A stretch of DNA of 64,000 nucleotides from positions 411,122,001-411,186,000 of the forward strand of contig OZ024740.1 in assembly GCA_964016885.1 (NCBI GenBank), given 5' to 3'. Positions 15,935-30,274 of the stretch are shown here, one piece after another (within the stretch, counting starts at the first letter, position 1; each line of letters begins with the position of its first letter). A program made the translations under genes and the position numbers. The notes under the pieces are model-generated. The model worked only from the letters and a program-made list of their open reading frames with translations. It ran no database searches and was not told the DNA's origin. This DNA is from Eledone cirrhosa (taxonomy: Eukaryota).

Positions 15935-16155
15935 CCAGACGTGTGTAACTTCGCGGAAAAGTTTCCTTTAATTTATGTAAGAAAAAAACGTGAGTTTTCA
16001 GTTAAATTTTATATTATTGTGTAACTTGAACCCCCGTCTGGACCCTCAGGTGGTGGGTCAACTCATTTTCACCCCTACAGGGGCGAAATATTCGTTTGAA
16101 AAATTTTTTCTCCATCGAATTTTGGAAAATATCTCGTAAGAAGTTTGATTACGTT

Positions 16156-17990
16156 ATGAAAGCTGCGTTCAACGATAATGGTGGTGGAGAGTCGGTAAGA
16201 CTACAGAGCTCGCAGTCAACATCGTCTTCTTCCCTAGATACTATGGAGATGGAAAGACGAAATGAAAATGTAAAAACAAATTCATATCCAAACAACACAA
16301 AAGACACCAAACAGTTCAATGACAGCAAAAATAACAACAACACCAATAACATCAGCATCAAAGACAACAACAACACCAACACCAACACCAAGGAAAATAC
16401 GAATAATATAAACATCATTGACAACAAGAATAACAACAAGAATAACAACAATAATGACAACACCACTAACACGGATAATTCCACAAAGAAACCAAAAATC
16501 TCCTTTGCACAGGCAGTTCAAAGAAAGGAGGAACTGACATATCTCGACATAACAAATGCCGAACAACTTTTAAAGGACGCTAGGAGATATGTAACTTTCG
16601 AAAAAAATGGTGCTTTCTGCATCAATTCTCCGGTAGAAATTCGCAAGGAAACTGCTCTCAAAACGATAGTTTTTAGGACAGTTTCCAATTCTACCTGAAA
16701 ACCAGCCAATTGTCACAGAAAGAAATTGAACTGGTTTCAAAAATTCAATGAATGCAATTGCATTCATTCAAAGAAGCAACCCTTTTGGGAGTATTTCGGT
16801 ACTCATGAAGGATTAATTGACGGCCCAAAATTACTCTGTGTCGCCAATTGTATCCAACCTGTATACCTTTTTCCCTACATACATGAGAAAAAGGACACAA
16901 AAGATTAAAATCACGAGTGTCACACCAAAGGTGAACATATGGTGGATACTGTGCGGCTTCATCAATTTTGATGAAGACAGAATACTGTCAGGAGGAAAGT
17001 CCCCCAGAGATGTATTCAATGGGACTAACATTGAAGTTCTGGTGCAAATGAGCCCAGAGCGAATAGCTATGATCCCACAACGTGTACTCCTGGACGGACT
17101 CACCTACATAAACTTTTAGGTTGAGGGTAGGCGGCCTTCATGTTACCATTGCTTTAGCAGGGGTCACCTGAGGGCTTCCTGTCCTAAATTAATGAGTAAA
17201 AAAAGGCTCTTCTGCCGACACCCATCAAAACAACACAACCACCAACACCATCACAACAACAACAACACCAACACACAAAAATAACCACAACAAACACAGT
17301 CCTACCCAACCCAACTCCACCTAAAACCACTGCAAAATCACATACATACACAACAGCTCCCGAAGACATACCCCTCCCCAATCACACAGACGATACAACA
17401 GATGAGGCTATCTCGGCATCACCCAGTGAAGACGAGGGAGAACCCCATCGCTCGAAAAGAAAGAAAAAACATCACAAAAGCAAAAAAACCAGCAAACACT
17501 ACCACAAACATACAACCACCAACACAAACAACAAAAACATCACAAACAAAACCCCCACCTCCTGAAAACAAAATACCTACAACAAAACGAAAGCACACAC
17601 AAGAACTACAGACAAAAACAAACACAATACAAGAAAATTACACTTACACTTACATAAACACTGAAAACAAAACACTAATGGAGACCATCACGAACGACCC
17701 TTCGGTGAAAACCGAAGGGAAAACTTTCGCCCTCTCTATTAAAAATAACAAAAAACTGAACCTAAAACTGATTAGGGTCCCTATACAAACTTATAGGTCC
17801 CTAAAAGAAACATTTGAGAAGGATGTGGGGAATTCCTGCGTGAAACCACTTAACCGCGTCCTTCTCAAATGTCTCCCCACCCAGACACCCCCATCCCAGC
17901 AGACCTCACCCCACCAAACATCTCGGTCCGCACCCTTCCGGAAACCACCACCCACCCAGACAACCCCTCCAACACCCTCATGGAAATCGT
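16156..17990 (+). pseudogene. Tx1 ORF1 (gag-like nucleic-acid-binding protein), frameshifted
   Basis: Asn-rich N-terminus, KISFAQAVQ motif, zinc knuckle CYHCFSRGHLRASC at 17141-17182, Pro/Thr-rich C-terminus; split over several frames; end approximate. Confidence 0.8.
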
Positions 17991-18057
17991 GCAGCCTGGT
18001 CCCCAGGAGACGAAGGGTGAGTGATCTCTTTTCCTCTTTTAACTTTTCAGCACCAAC

Positions 18058-21000
18058 ATGGCCAATATAAGAGTTGGATATGTGAATGTACGGGGCCTGG
18101 GGATGCCCTGGAAACAGGGCAAACATTTAAACGACCTCAGGTCGCACAGTATGGATGTGGTAGCCATTTGCGAGTCTAGGATCCACAGTGAGCGACAGCT
18201 GGCCCCATCTTCGATGACTTTGAGATCTACGCATCTCTCTGTCAACCGGGGGGTGGGGGGGGAGTTGCTGTTTTGCTGCGGAAACACCTGGGCCTCGTAA
18301 CACAGACGGTACATCTGGACCCGGAGGGTCGACTGGTGGTCCTAGACGTTGACGGTAGTGAAGGTGGAGCCTTCAGGCTGGTGGCCGCATATGCCCCATC
18401 CGGAACACCGCGGCCAGACTTCTTCAAACGTCTAGAGACATTTCTGGGAACGTCGCGCTCCTTGCTTTTAGTGGGGGACTGGAATGGAATCCTAGATGCA
18501 CGTTGGGACTATGTGGGAGCATGTCCCGATAAAGGGGGGGGGGTGTAACAGCCTCAAACAGTTAATCGACCGATTTGACCTGGCCGATAGTTATCGACTA
18601 GATTTTCCGACTGTGCCACTGTGGTCGTGGACTAATCGCGGCGGAACATCTAGATCGTACCTAGATAGGGTTCTAGTCAGAAATAAAGGTAGGGACATGT
18701 TAAGCTGTCCACAAATGTTCATGGTTGCCTATTCAGATCACAAACTAGTGACCTGCATGGCCAACCTTGAGAGAACCCATAGACAAGGACCCGGCTACTG
18801 GAAGCTGAACTTGTCGTTACCGACAAGCAAAGCCTACAGTAGATGGATTAACACTTTAGTTAAACAGCACTTGACAGGGGTCATTGTCAACAACAGATGG
18901 TGGTACTCTCTCAAGAGGGCAGTTAGATTAGACTCGTTAGTTTTTAGTAAAGAATTAGCGTTAGAAATAGAACCGAGACGGAACTGGTAGATAAAGTAGA
19001 AGAGGCAATTAGAAGTGGTAACGTAGCCAGCGTGCTAGCAACGAGAACGGCCTTGGATCAGTTCTTCGACGCAAAGCACGAGGGCTGCGTTATCAGAAGC
19101 AAAATACGTGCTCTGGGAAACGAAGGAGCCAAAGCTGTTAGCTGGGCCCAAGTGACGGAGGCAAAAAGTAGCAACAAGTTCACGATTCGGTCTTTGAAGG
19201 ACCAAAACGGACGCGTGATACGTGAGCCGAAGCAGATGTGTGCGGCCTTTCAGCGGCACTTTGCTTTACTGTTTGGGCGGGGCGGCGCGCCGGGAGGGGC
19301 TATGGATTTCGGTCCATACCTCGACGGCCTGCCGCGACTCTCGCACAGCGAGGCAAAGTTCTGCGAAAAGCCGATTTCAGCCGCTGAGATAGGGGACGCG
19401 CTGAGCCAATGCGGCAAACGCAAATCTCCAGGTCCCGATAGTCTACCCTACGAATTTTACGTAGCAATGTCGGACTTATTCTCCGGTCTCCTGGAAGCAG
19501 TCTACTGCAACTGGCAACAGAACGGGAGAATTCCCAGTTCTGTAACCGGGGGAATGGTCACACTATTCAGGAAGGACGAGAATAAGGGGGATGACATAGG
19601 CAACTTCCGGCCCATAACTCTGCTAAACACAGAGTTACAGATTTTGGCCAAGATGTTGGCAAAGAGGCTGCGCTTGTCGTCGAGAATCTGGTGGGAGAAG
19701 CGCAGACATACGCAATCCCGACCAGGTCCATACACGACAACCTCCACCTCATGCGATACATCATAGAGAGGGTAGGGTGTAAACCCGGCTTCGGTGGGGC
19801 CCTGATCAACTTGGATCAGTCTAAGGCTTTCGATAGGGTTCACCATCGTTACCTGGATGCGATGCGCGAGGCGGCAGGCTTCGGACGCGTGTTCAGGGGC
19901 TGGATTGCTGCAATGCACAACAGCAACATCTGCTCAAGGGTCAAGGTGAATGGCTACCTCTCGGAACCGTTCAATATTACGCGATCCATTCGACAGGGAT
20001 ACCCTCTCTCTTCTGTTCTGTACGTACTGACTCTCGAGCCACTACTGCGGAAGTTGGAGCTATTGCAGGGCATCCCTCTGGAACCGGGACTGCGGAAAGG
20101 GGCGTCGGCCTACGCCGATGACGTGACAGTAATGGTGTCGAGCGCCTAGCAAATCGAGGAAGTCGGCATCTTACTGAAGGAATACGAAAGTTTCACAGGA
20201 GCGAAGCTGAACCGGGACAAGTCCATTGGTTTGCAACTCGGATCGTGGAGAGGCAAACCGATGCCTTCCAATGGCGTCGTCGGACGCTGGACGGAAGGAC
20301 CGGTAAAGCTGCTCGGGGTCTGGTTTGGTCCGGACCTCCAGGTGGAGAAGAACTGGAACGAAGTGACGGCCAAGGTGTTTGCACTCACCCAGAAGTGGGC
20401 CGAGTGCAAACTATCCTTGAAAGGTCGAGCGTAGGTGGCGAATACTTTTATAGCGTCCGCCATCTACTACCGCTTGACCTTTGTGCCTTGTCCAGCCAAA
20501 ACGCTCGCCAAAATGGAACGCGAGCTCTTCCGATTCCTTTGGAAGAGGCGGGCTCCTTTGGTGAGAAGATCCATCTGCTGCCAACACCCTTCTAACGGAG
20601 GTCTGGGGATGCCGTGGTTGACGATGCGCAAACACGCGCTCAGGCTGCGGCATCTCTACGTATTCCTCACCGGACAACCGGTGTGGGCCCCGTTCGTGAG
20701 GTGAGCCTTCCCACGACTCGTCTCGCTGACCGAGCTGCAGTCCTGTGTCAAGCAAAGACCGAGGAAAATGGGCGACTGGCACATCGAATGTGCTCAGGCG
20801 CTCACAGCCCTCTGGCAGGCGGACCCGGCGATCAGTGGAGACTCCACTTCGTCATTCTATAGAGGGTTGATCCGCAGCAAGTGCGACGACGTGCTCGGTG
20901 AAACTCTAGGCATAGAGGAAGATGAACTGGCCAGTCTGTTCGGTAGGACCTTCCGCCCGGGACCGATGGACAACTTCCAAAAGTCTCTGGCATGACAAGT

Positions 21001-21482
21001 GCTACCGAGGAGCTCTACCAGTTCGAGACAAGCTCTACAGACATGGGAGCCCTGCACAAAAGATCTGTCTGAGGTGCGTGCTTAACGAAGAAACCGTCGC
21101 CCACGCATTCATACACTGCTCGGGCGTCACTGACCTGTGGGGTTATGTAGATAGACTATTGTCGCGGGTGGGACCAATCCGGTTGACCACCGAGTCTATT
21201 GTCATGATCAAACCGCCACCCTCCTTCAAAAACGAAGGAGAGGTGGTTTTCCTTTGTGTGATAGCTATGGCGAAAGAGGTTGTATGGTGGACAAGGTTGA
21301 AAGGGCTGAGGTCAGACATCTTTCTCTCCGGCCAACAACTTGTTCTTTTTTTCAAATACTACTTTGGAAGAAGAATCAGGATGGACAGTGGCGTGCTGCA
21401 CCCCAGCAAGTTTTATGAAAGGTGGGTGAAAGTGGCGAGAATGGCCCGAGTGAATGGGCCTTCTCTCTATATCAGCCTGTAG
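18058..21482 (+). pseudogene. Tx1 ORF2 (AP endonuclease, reverse transcriptase, C-terminal zinc finger), disrupted
   Basis: APE motifs NVRGL, GDWN, YLDR, SDH; RT motifs KSPGPD, NFRPITLLN, LDQSKAFDRV, RQGYPLS, YADD (20111); CLRC..EETVAHAFIHC; several frameshifts and stops. Confidence 0.93.
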
Positions 21483-21733
21483 GTTGAGGAAAAGGAGGAG
21501 GAGAGTAAAGTAGTACAAATTCTTCGTACTCGTGGAGTTGAGGGTTGCACATTTTTTCGGGGGTATGTGTTACCCATATGAACTGTCTCCCCCTATTGGC
21601 GAAAATCGACTAACTTTTTAAATTGCATTTGTGATAACATTTTACACGTTTTTATTGTATGTAAACTTCCCCCTTTGTATATGTCCCCTTCTTTTGTGCC
21701 CCTGAGGCTAATAAAGAAACATATCTATCTATG

Positions 21734-21791
<58 letters not shown>

Positions 21792-21797
21792 CGCATA

Positions 21798-22228
21798 TAT
21801 GGTGGACGAGGTTAAAAGAGCTGAGGTCAGACACCTTTCTCTCCGGCGAGCAACTGATTCGTTTTTTCAAATATCATTTTGGAAGAAGAATCAGGATGGA
21901 GAGAGAGGTGCTGTACCCCAGCAAATTTTATAAAAGGTGGGTGAATGTGGCAAGAATGGCCCGAGTGGTTGGGCCTTCTCTCTATATAAGCCTGTAAGTT
22001 GAGGAAAAAGAGGAAGAGAGGAAGGGTGTACTCACCCTTGGTGCTCCTGGAGATGAGGGTTGTACATTTTGTCGGGGTGTGTACAACCCCTGTGTAACAC
22101 CTCCCCCCTATTGGGGATTTCAATTGTTATTTGTTGTTTTATTAATAGTTTTATTTTCATATACCTGTATGTAAACTCCCCATTTGTATTTGTCCCCTTC
22201 TTTTGTGCCCTTGTGGCTAATAAAGAAA
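21798..22228 (+). mobile_element. 5'-truncated Tx1 copy (ORF2 C-terminus and 3' UTR)
   Basis: WWTRLK...GPSLYISL* plus a homologous 3' UTR; TATC on both sides. Confidence 0.92.
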
Positions 22229-22243
22229 TTTATCTATCTATCT

Positions 22244-24537
22244 ACGCAAATCACCCGGTTTAGATGGTGTACCCTATGAGCTTTACATATGCATGCCTGC
22301 CTTGTTCGCTGGCGTCCTCGAAGCGGTCTACTGCAACTGGCAATAGAGCGGGAGGATTCCCTGTTCTGATCAGGAAAGATGAGAACAAGGGGGATGAGAT
22401 AAGCAATTTCAGGCCGATAACTCTGCTCAACACAGAGTTAAACATTTTGGCCAAGGTGTTAGCAGCGAGGCTGGCGCTTGTCGTAGAGAACCTGGTAGGG
22501 GAAGCGCAAAGGTGTGCAATCCCGACCAGGTCCATACACGACAACATCCACCTCATCCGATACATCATAGAGACGGTAGGGTGTAAACCTGGCTTCGGTG
22601 GGGCTTTGATCAATTTAGATCAGTCTAAGGCATTTGATAGGGTCGACCGTCAATACTTGGAAGCGGTTCTCAAGGCGGCCGGCTTCGGTCCTGTCGTCAG
22701 AGGCTGGATCGCTGCCATGCACACCAGCATCTGCTCCGCAGTCAAGGTGAGTGGCTACCTATTGGAGCCATTTCAAATCATGCGTTCCATCTGTCAGGGA
22801 TGCCCTCTCTCCTCCATTCTGTATGTACTGACTCTCGAGCTGTTACTGCGGAAGTTGGAGCTGTTGCAGGGCATCCCGATCGAACCAGGACTGCGGAAAG
22901 CAGCGTCGGTATATGCCGACGACATAACCGTAATGGTGTCAAAAACCTCGGAAATCGGGGTAATCGGCAACCTATTACAGGAATACGAAACGTTGACAGG
23001 AGCAAGATTGAACCCCAAAAGTCTGTCGGTTTGCAACTCGGCACATGGAAAGGTAAACCCATGCCTTCCGACGGTGTCGTTGGACGCTGGAAAGAAGGAC
23101 CAGTGAAATTGCTCGGGGGCTGGTTTGGTCCAGACCTCCGGGTGGACAAGAACTGGAACGAGGTCACGGCGAAGGTGTTTGCACTCACCCAGAAGTGGGC
23201 TGAGTGCAAACTCTCCGTGAATGGTCGAGCGGAGGTGGCGAACACTTACATAGCGTCCATCATCTACTACCTCTTGACAGTCGTGCCTTGCCCCCACGAA
23301 TACCTCACCAAAATGGAATGTCTACTCTTCAAGTTCCTCTGGATGAAACAGGCTCTATTGGTGAAGAGATCCATCTGCTGTCAACACCCTTCTAACGGAG
23401 GGCTGGGCATGCCGTGGCTGATGATGCGCAAACACGCGCTGAGGCTACGCCATCTCCAGGTATTCCTGACCGTGAACCGGTGTGGCTGTAGTTTGTGAGA
23501 CAAGCTCTTCCACAACTCGTCTCACTAACAGAGCTGCAGTCCTGGGTGAAGCGAAGACCGAAAATGGGTGCCTGGCACCTCGAAAGCCTACAGGCGCTTA
23601 CAGCCCTCTCCCAAGCGGAAACGGCAATCAGCGGCGTCTCCACTTCGACATTCTATAGGTGATTAGTGGAGGATAAATGCGACGACGTTCTCGGGGAAAC
23701 TCTAGACATCAAGGAGGACGAACTGCCCATTCTGTTCGGAACGACTTTTTGTCCAGGGCCTATGGATAACTTCCAGAGGTTTCTGGCCTGCAGTGCTACC
23801 GAGGAGCTCTACCAGTTCGAGACACAATCTAAAGGCACGGACGTCTTGACAGAGATCCTGCCAAAAGGACCTGTCCAAGATGCGAACAGGACATCGAAAC
23901 AGTTCTGCACGCAATTGTTCAGTGCCCAGGGGTGACCGACCTGTGGAATTATGTCGAACAGCTACTGTCACGTGTGGGACGCATCCAGTTGTCAGCCGAG
24001 TCCATTGTGACGATCACCCCCACCGCCTTCATTTAAGATTGAAGGAGAGGCGGATTTCCTCTGTCTGGTGGCTATGGCGAAAGAGGTAATATGGTGGACG
24101 AGGTTAAAAGGACTGAGGGCAAACACCTTTCTCTCCGGACAACAACTTATCCCGTTCTTTAAGTATCACTTCAGAAGGAAGGTGAGAGTGGAGAGAGAGG
24201 TTCTAGACCCCAGTAAATTCGCTGAAAGGTGGGTGAATGTGGCGACAATGGCCCGAGTGAATGGGCCTTCTCTGTATATAAACCTGTAGGTTGAGGAAGA
24301 TGAACAGAGGGAAGACAGGAACACCTACAAAACGCGTTCCTGGTGTTGAGGGTTGTTCTATCCACGGGGTGTAAAAGAACCCTGCAGTAACGTTCCCCCT
24401 ATTGGGGATTTCAATTGTTATTTTATTATATATAGTTTATTGTTATTATGTTTTAGTTATATGATTTTTATGTAAAACCCCGCCGTCACGTTTTGTAATG
24501 TCCCATTTTTGTACGCCCCTGTGCCAAATAAAGAAAG
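22244..24537 (+). mobile_element. 5'-truncated Tx1 copy of a divergent subfamily (RT to 3' UTR)
   Basis: NFRPITLLN, LDQSKAFDRV, QGCPLS, YADD (22912); frameshifts; ends AATAAAGAAAG then (TC)n. Confidence 0.92.
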
Positions 24538-24911
<374 letters not shown>

Positions 24912-24991
24912 GAACGCTGCCATGAGTTAATTGGAGGCTGAACCTTTCTACAAAGCTTGACTCATCCCTCAACTCTGACAAGATTTCTAGA

Positions 24992-26217
24992 CGAGAGTGC
25001 TTCAAAAAGTTCTTGGATAAAGGTCAGTTGGAGAAAAAGGTTTAAGTTGTGCTGTTTTCAACATATAATCCATCTAGTTCAATACACTTCTGCAAGCGTT
25101 CATACCAGCCATCAATTCCATCTGTGTAAAACTGAGGGCCATGCGATTTAAACCATGTCAAAGCAGCTTTCTTTACATCTTCAACTGATGGAAAATGGGT
25201 CCCTTTGAATGATCTTTTCAGGTTTGGAATCAAAAAGAAGTTGGATGGGGCTAAATCGAGAATGTAAGATGGGTGTCAGATGATTTCACATCGAAATTCA
25301 CTTACAGTTCGTGTCTGATAAGCACCGTGGGCAGGCACATTGAGGTGATGGAAGAGGACGCACCGATGCAGCTTCCCTCGACGGTTTTTCGCGATTTTCT
25401 TGGCCAGTTTTCTCAAATCGCCTTCATAATATGCAGCTGCATTCGTTCTCTTGCTCTCGACAACGTCAACCCGCAAAATGCTCTTTGAATCGCAGAATAC
25501 AGTGGCTATGAACTTCCCTCTAGAACGCTCCAATTTAACCTTCACTGGCTCAATTCCACCTATGGGCAGTGACTGCTTCGATTGAGTTTTGTCCTCAAGA
25601 TCGTACTAGTGGAGTCACGTTTCATCACCGGTACCAATTCTCTGCAGAAAAGCTTCAGGGTTTTCATCCCACTTGTTTAAAATTTCCATTGAAAAATCTG
25701 CCCTTGTTTACCGATAATCTGGGTGCAACAGCTTTAGGACCCATCAGAGATGTTGAGTGTGTCAGCTACTGATTCCGTAACCTTTGCAATTAGGTCGCGA
25801 ACAGCATCGATGTTTTCTACACAGACTGTAGTGGATGGCCTGCCACTGCAGGGATCATATTCAACCCAATCTCATCCACTTTTAAAACGACTTATTCATT
25901 TGTAGATTGTTGATTTCTTTGGGACATTATCCACATAAACTTGCTTTAGAGGCAACGATTTGTCTGCTCTTCCACCCTAGATTCACCAGAAATTTGATGT
26001 TTGTCTTGGCTTCAATTTTGATGGACGCCATGTTCGAGCAATGGATACTGACTTCCGACTGGTCATGCCGCGTTGCAACATGCAGATGCAGTTAAGGGTT
26101 TATGTTAAAACATGTTATGACACATTAGTACAAAAACGTACAGGTGCATTGAGATCAAAATCCATGCATATGATTTTTAGGTATGTAATTTTTCCACGAA
26201 TTTTCTGAAGCCTTCTC

Positions 26218-26218
<1 letters not shown>
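24992..26218 (-). mobile_element. Mariner DNA transposon (Hsmar2/irritans-like), decayed
   Basis: Imperfect TIRs of about 30 bp (cgagagtgcttcaaaaagttcttggataaa / cgagaaggcttcagaaaattcgtggaaaaa), TA at the right end, about 1.23 kb. Confidence 0.88.
25042..26031 (-). pseudogene. Mariner transposase pseudogene
   Basis: MASIKIEAKTNIKFLVNLGWK, SGRPST, TGDET*, FHHLNVPAH (HDNA-like), DLAPSNFFLIPNLK, QKCIELDGLYVE; stops and frameshifts. Confidence 0.88.
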
Positions 26219-26282
<64 letters not shown>

Positions 26283-27176
26283 AGTGTATATATGTGTGCA
26301 TACAAACTGCTGGAAGCTTTGTAATTGGAATAATTTAACATTTGGTTACTGCTTAAACACACTACCTTGTTTATATATAAACACATTCCTTCTGTCACTG
26401 TTAATAAAATGAATATATCGATGTTCTTGTACGAATTTTAAATTGTTTTGTTAAGGTATTGTAGCTATATATAATGTTTCTGGAACCTCCAGCAAGTATA
26501 TCAAGTCATTCTATCTTTAAATTCGGATATTTCCATTAGTATGTTAAGTATACAAGCATATGATTTACTTGGAAAATATACCGTTGTATGGTATTATATA
26601 TGTATATGTTCTTTTTCACCGCCTACACTTTGTAAGGAATTTTATAATTCAGTGAATGAGCTCATGTACTCAGTTGGGTGTCGAATTGCCTGTTCCTTTT
26701 AAAATGATCTATTACTAAGTTGGTCATATTACTAAGTTGGTGTGTCATATAACCCGAATCTTTGGTTATTGTTGACAATAGACATTTATATGTTTATACT
26801 TATTTTTATTATCATGATCTGAATTTGCGAAACACATGTCAGTGGCTTACCGATGAATAGCGTCTATGATTCACCATGTCATCTCTTCTATGCATCTGTG
26901 ACTATGCATCTGTAGTTTGCAGCTAGTCATTCGATTAAGTGTCTACAATCTATGATCTATGGTTAAACTAAATCAAGCGTATCCTTGAGCTAAGCAGCAT
27001 TATCTACAGCACCACTAACACCAATAATATCATCACAATCATCTATCATCAGTGCTACAACTTACGGTACCATTTTCTATAACACAACTATTATTATTAT
27101 CATCACCAATAACTAATACATATAAGAATAGCAAATAAAATATATATTTTTTAACGCTAAATAAGATCTACAATAA

Positions 27177-27825
27177 TCTATATATATAAAACTGATGATG
27201 TCTGTCTCTGTGTGTGTGTGTGTGCGTCTGTGAGTTTGAATCCCTAAAACTCGAGAAGTAACCAACCGATTTTTTTCAAAATTTACATGTGTATTACTTA
27301 TTTTTCAAGGAGTGTTAGGAACTTAAAATTCAACTTTTTGATCCCCTAGGGCCCACATTAGGTGAAAGACTGCGTTTTTTCAGCTTTTTAGTTTTTTTTG
27401 CGGCGTTACATCAGACCAATTTCCTTTAAATTGGAACTATGTATTAGTCAGTCTCTTCTTCATACGGTGAGCAAAGAAAATCCAACTTTTTCATGGCCTA
27501 GGGACCGCATTAGGTGAAGAACTTCATTTTTTTCAGCTTTTTAGGCTTTTTTGAGGCGTTACGTGTAGCCAATTTTCCCGAAATTTCAAGGCATATTATG
27601 CACATAAAAAAATTCATTTTCTTGATACCCTAGGGCCCGCATTAGGTGAAAACCTGCATTTTTCTTGCTTCATCGAGGAAAATCTTAAAGCTTATCCAGC
27701 CATCAGAGTATTCGGTTTATTTTCTTTACATATTGTAGAGGCATGCAGTTTTTCTACAATTAGGTCTGTTGGCGGCCCGCGTTCCAAAATACCTTATGCC
27801 GTGAAACGCCGGGTACCACTTCTAG
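27177..27825 (+). mobile_element. Non-autonomous Helitron, short form (about 650 bp)
   Basis: A|TCTATATATATAAAACTGATGATGTCTG...CCGTGAAACGCCGGGTACCACTTCTAG|T; no TSD; homologous to 1934-2630. Confidence 0.88.
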
Positions 27826-28538
27826 TAAAACATAAAAGAGAAATAAACACATATGTATAAGATAATAAACATTATTTCGAATCAAATTGCTTGTAATTGA
27901 AGAGATTGTTGCTAAATGTTATGAAAAGCTGTTCCTCTCCATCTCCAAGCAGTTGTACCAAGAAGTAGGTGAAAATAAAATATAAATCTGTCCAGAGTGA
28001 ACAATTTAAATTTGCCATAAAAATAGTGAGCAGGTGAAAGCAAATAGAATTCAATAGGAGGCGGGAGAAAGGAAAAGATGTCACAGAATTTAATTAGTGA
28101 ATTACACATTCTACAGAATCACTGAAATCGAAAGTGTACAACACGGAAAAGAACGAAAGTTTATTTTATAGGTGTATTAGATAAATACAGAAAACTGATA
28201 TATATATACTCAAAATAATGTAATAAGTATCATTGACTTAGCCGTTCAATTATTAGTTTACACTTATTATATTTTCAGCTGAAATTTAAAGGGTTTACTA
28301 AAACTAACGTAGAATGCAAGAAATGTTTTAGTGTTTAGAGTAAACCACCCAAAATATCACAAAGAGATACTTTAGTACAAACATAAGGAGGTAACTGATT
28401 CTCTAGAGTCTAAAAGATGTTAGGATTATCAATGTAGGACTCAATCTTACAAAAAAGAACAACAAAACAAAACAGGTGAAAAATCATGTTCAAACGAAAT
28501 AGAAAATTGTAAGCCGGCAAATATATAGAGGGGTGATA

Positions 28539-28626
28539 AAGAAGAAGAAGAAGAAGAAGAAGAAGAAGAAGAAGAAGAAGAAGAAGAAGAAGAAGAAGAA
28601 GAAGAAGAAGAAGAAGAAGAAGAAGA
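28539..28626. repeat. (GAA)n microsatellite
   Basis: Directly visible. Confidence 0.97.
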
Positions 28627-29505
28627 TTTATAATTATAGACGTAATGACTTCTCATTAAAAGAAATAATCATTTGTAACATAGGCAGATTGGGAGAATCG
28701 TGGGAGAATACATCTACAGACGGATAAAATCCATGGTAAATCCTAAATACAACATATATAGGATCATAATGCCACAAGGTGTCATAATCTACTCTTTCTA
28801 TGATACAACTATTCGGTAATTATAATTTTGATACCCATGCATACACTGAAAAGTAGCATTTTATCACAATCCCCAGTATCTTAGAACCTTAAATCTTAAT
28901 GACACGTCTTCCCCTAAAACCAATACAGAAATTATTGATTTAAGATGAAAATAAACCCGTAGATTGTCCAAAAATGTCAAGAAAGTAGAAGCTACGTTTC
29001 CAATATGTTAAGTCTGTCATATTGTATTGGAAAAACCAAATTACCTTATATCTCCTACCTGAGAATTAGGATGAGACAGTAATTGTAGGTAAATGACATC
29101 ACTGATCTGAACGTTTAACCTACCTAGTAACAACCCATTGACAATGGTCGATGAGATAATGATTACTTTCTTGAATCTTATTAATAAACATCTTGAAGCC
29201 TGTTCCCTTTTATTTTATTATATTTTACTTTCACTATTGGATACTTATGTTGTTATCTCTATACCACCGTCATTATTTCGATCAGAGATATCTTGCTTGA
29301 AGTGAATCAATATTCCAAATAAGAATTTAGTTAACAGCTGGGATCTACCATATATCTAAAGTGAATGAAAATTTAGCATTCACGAATGGATTAAAAAGCA
29401 TTCAGAAAATACAATGAAAACCATAAAGTAGCAATAAATAGAAAGAAAGCTGACGCCGATTTCAATACACGAAAATTATATTGGTTAATTTGAAGGCTAG
29501 CATTC

Positions 29506-29685
29506 TGGCAGTATCGGTAGAGGGTCGGACGCCATGCTTTCCAGCATAGAGTTACGGCCCTTGCCATTCTGAGTTCAAATCCGGACGAGGTTAACTTTGC
29601 CTTTCATCCTTACGGGGTCGATAAAATAAGTACCAGTAATGTACTGGGTAATTGCTGGCCTTTTGCCAAAAGTAGAAACAATTAT
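29506..29685 (+). mobile_element. tRNA-head/Nin-domain SINE
   Basis: A and B boxes, core and tail as in the other copies. Confidence 0.9.
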
Positions 29686-30084
29686 TTTGAACAGCCTTCC
29701 TAACTTGGCTCAGATGATGGAATTTTAATTTCCTGTTAGAACTCGAAGATGTTAGTATTTCGAGAGCGTATGAAAGGTATCAAAGTAAAGCAATACTTGA
29801 AAGTGATTAGCGGTTCTTCTCATAATCCCATCATTCGTCTGTGACTTACAACACTCCAGTCTATCTAGTCGTACCTTATGACATGGAAGTGGCTTGATTA
29901 TGGTTTTCTTTATTATTCTTTATAATTGAATTTATTATTTTTTTATGTCGATGATTTTGTTTTGTGTAGTCAATCTATATAAACATACCATTCCAGGTTT
30001 GACACGCTTCACCAGCATTTTGAGTTATACGACCGAATCGCTTCCAGGTCCGTTGCTTTCAACAGCTGTAGAACTATAACCGTA

Positions 30085-30274
30085 GCAGTGGATTGGCAAT
30101 ATCGGTAGAGCGTCAGACAAAATGTCTGCAGCATAGAGTTATGGCCCTTTACATTCTGAGTTCAAATTCAGCCGAGGTTAACTTTGCCTTTCATCCTTAC
30201 GGAGTCGATAAAATAAAGCATCAGTAATGCACTGGGGAAATTGCTGCCCTTGTGCCAAATGTAGAAGCAATTAT
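30085..30274 (+). mobile_element. tRNA-head/Nin-domain SINE
   Basis: A and B boxes, core and tail as in the other copies. Confidence 0.9.

Larger units (their letters stand above)
15935..21720 (+). mobile_element. Full-length Tx1/L1-clade non-LTR retrotransposon (inactivated)
   Basis: 5' UTR, ORF1 with CCHC knuckle, ORF2 with APE-RT-CCHC, 3' UTR ending AATAAAGAAAC; (TATC)n on both sides. Confidence 0.93.

Noticed and set aside
21791-22250. Both truncated Tx1 copies start with ACGCA after TCT
   Set aside because: In copy 3 it is templated element sequence; a 5-nt match in two cases is too weak
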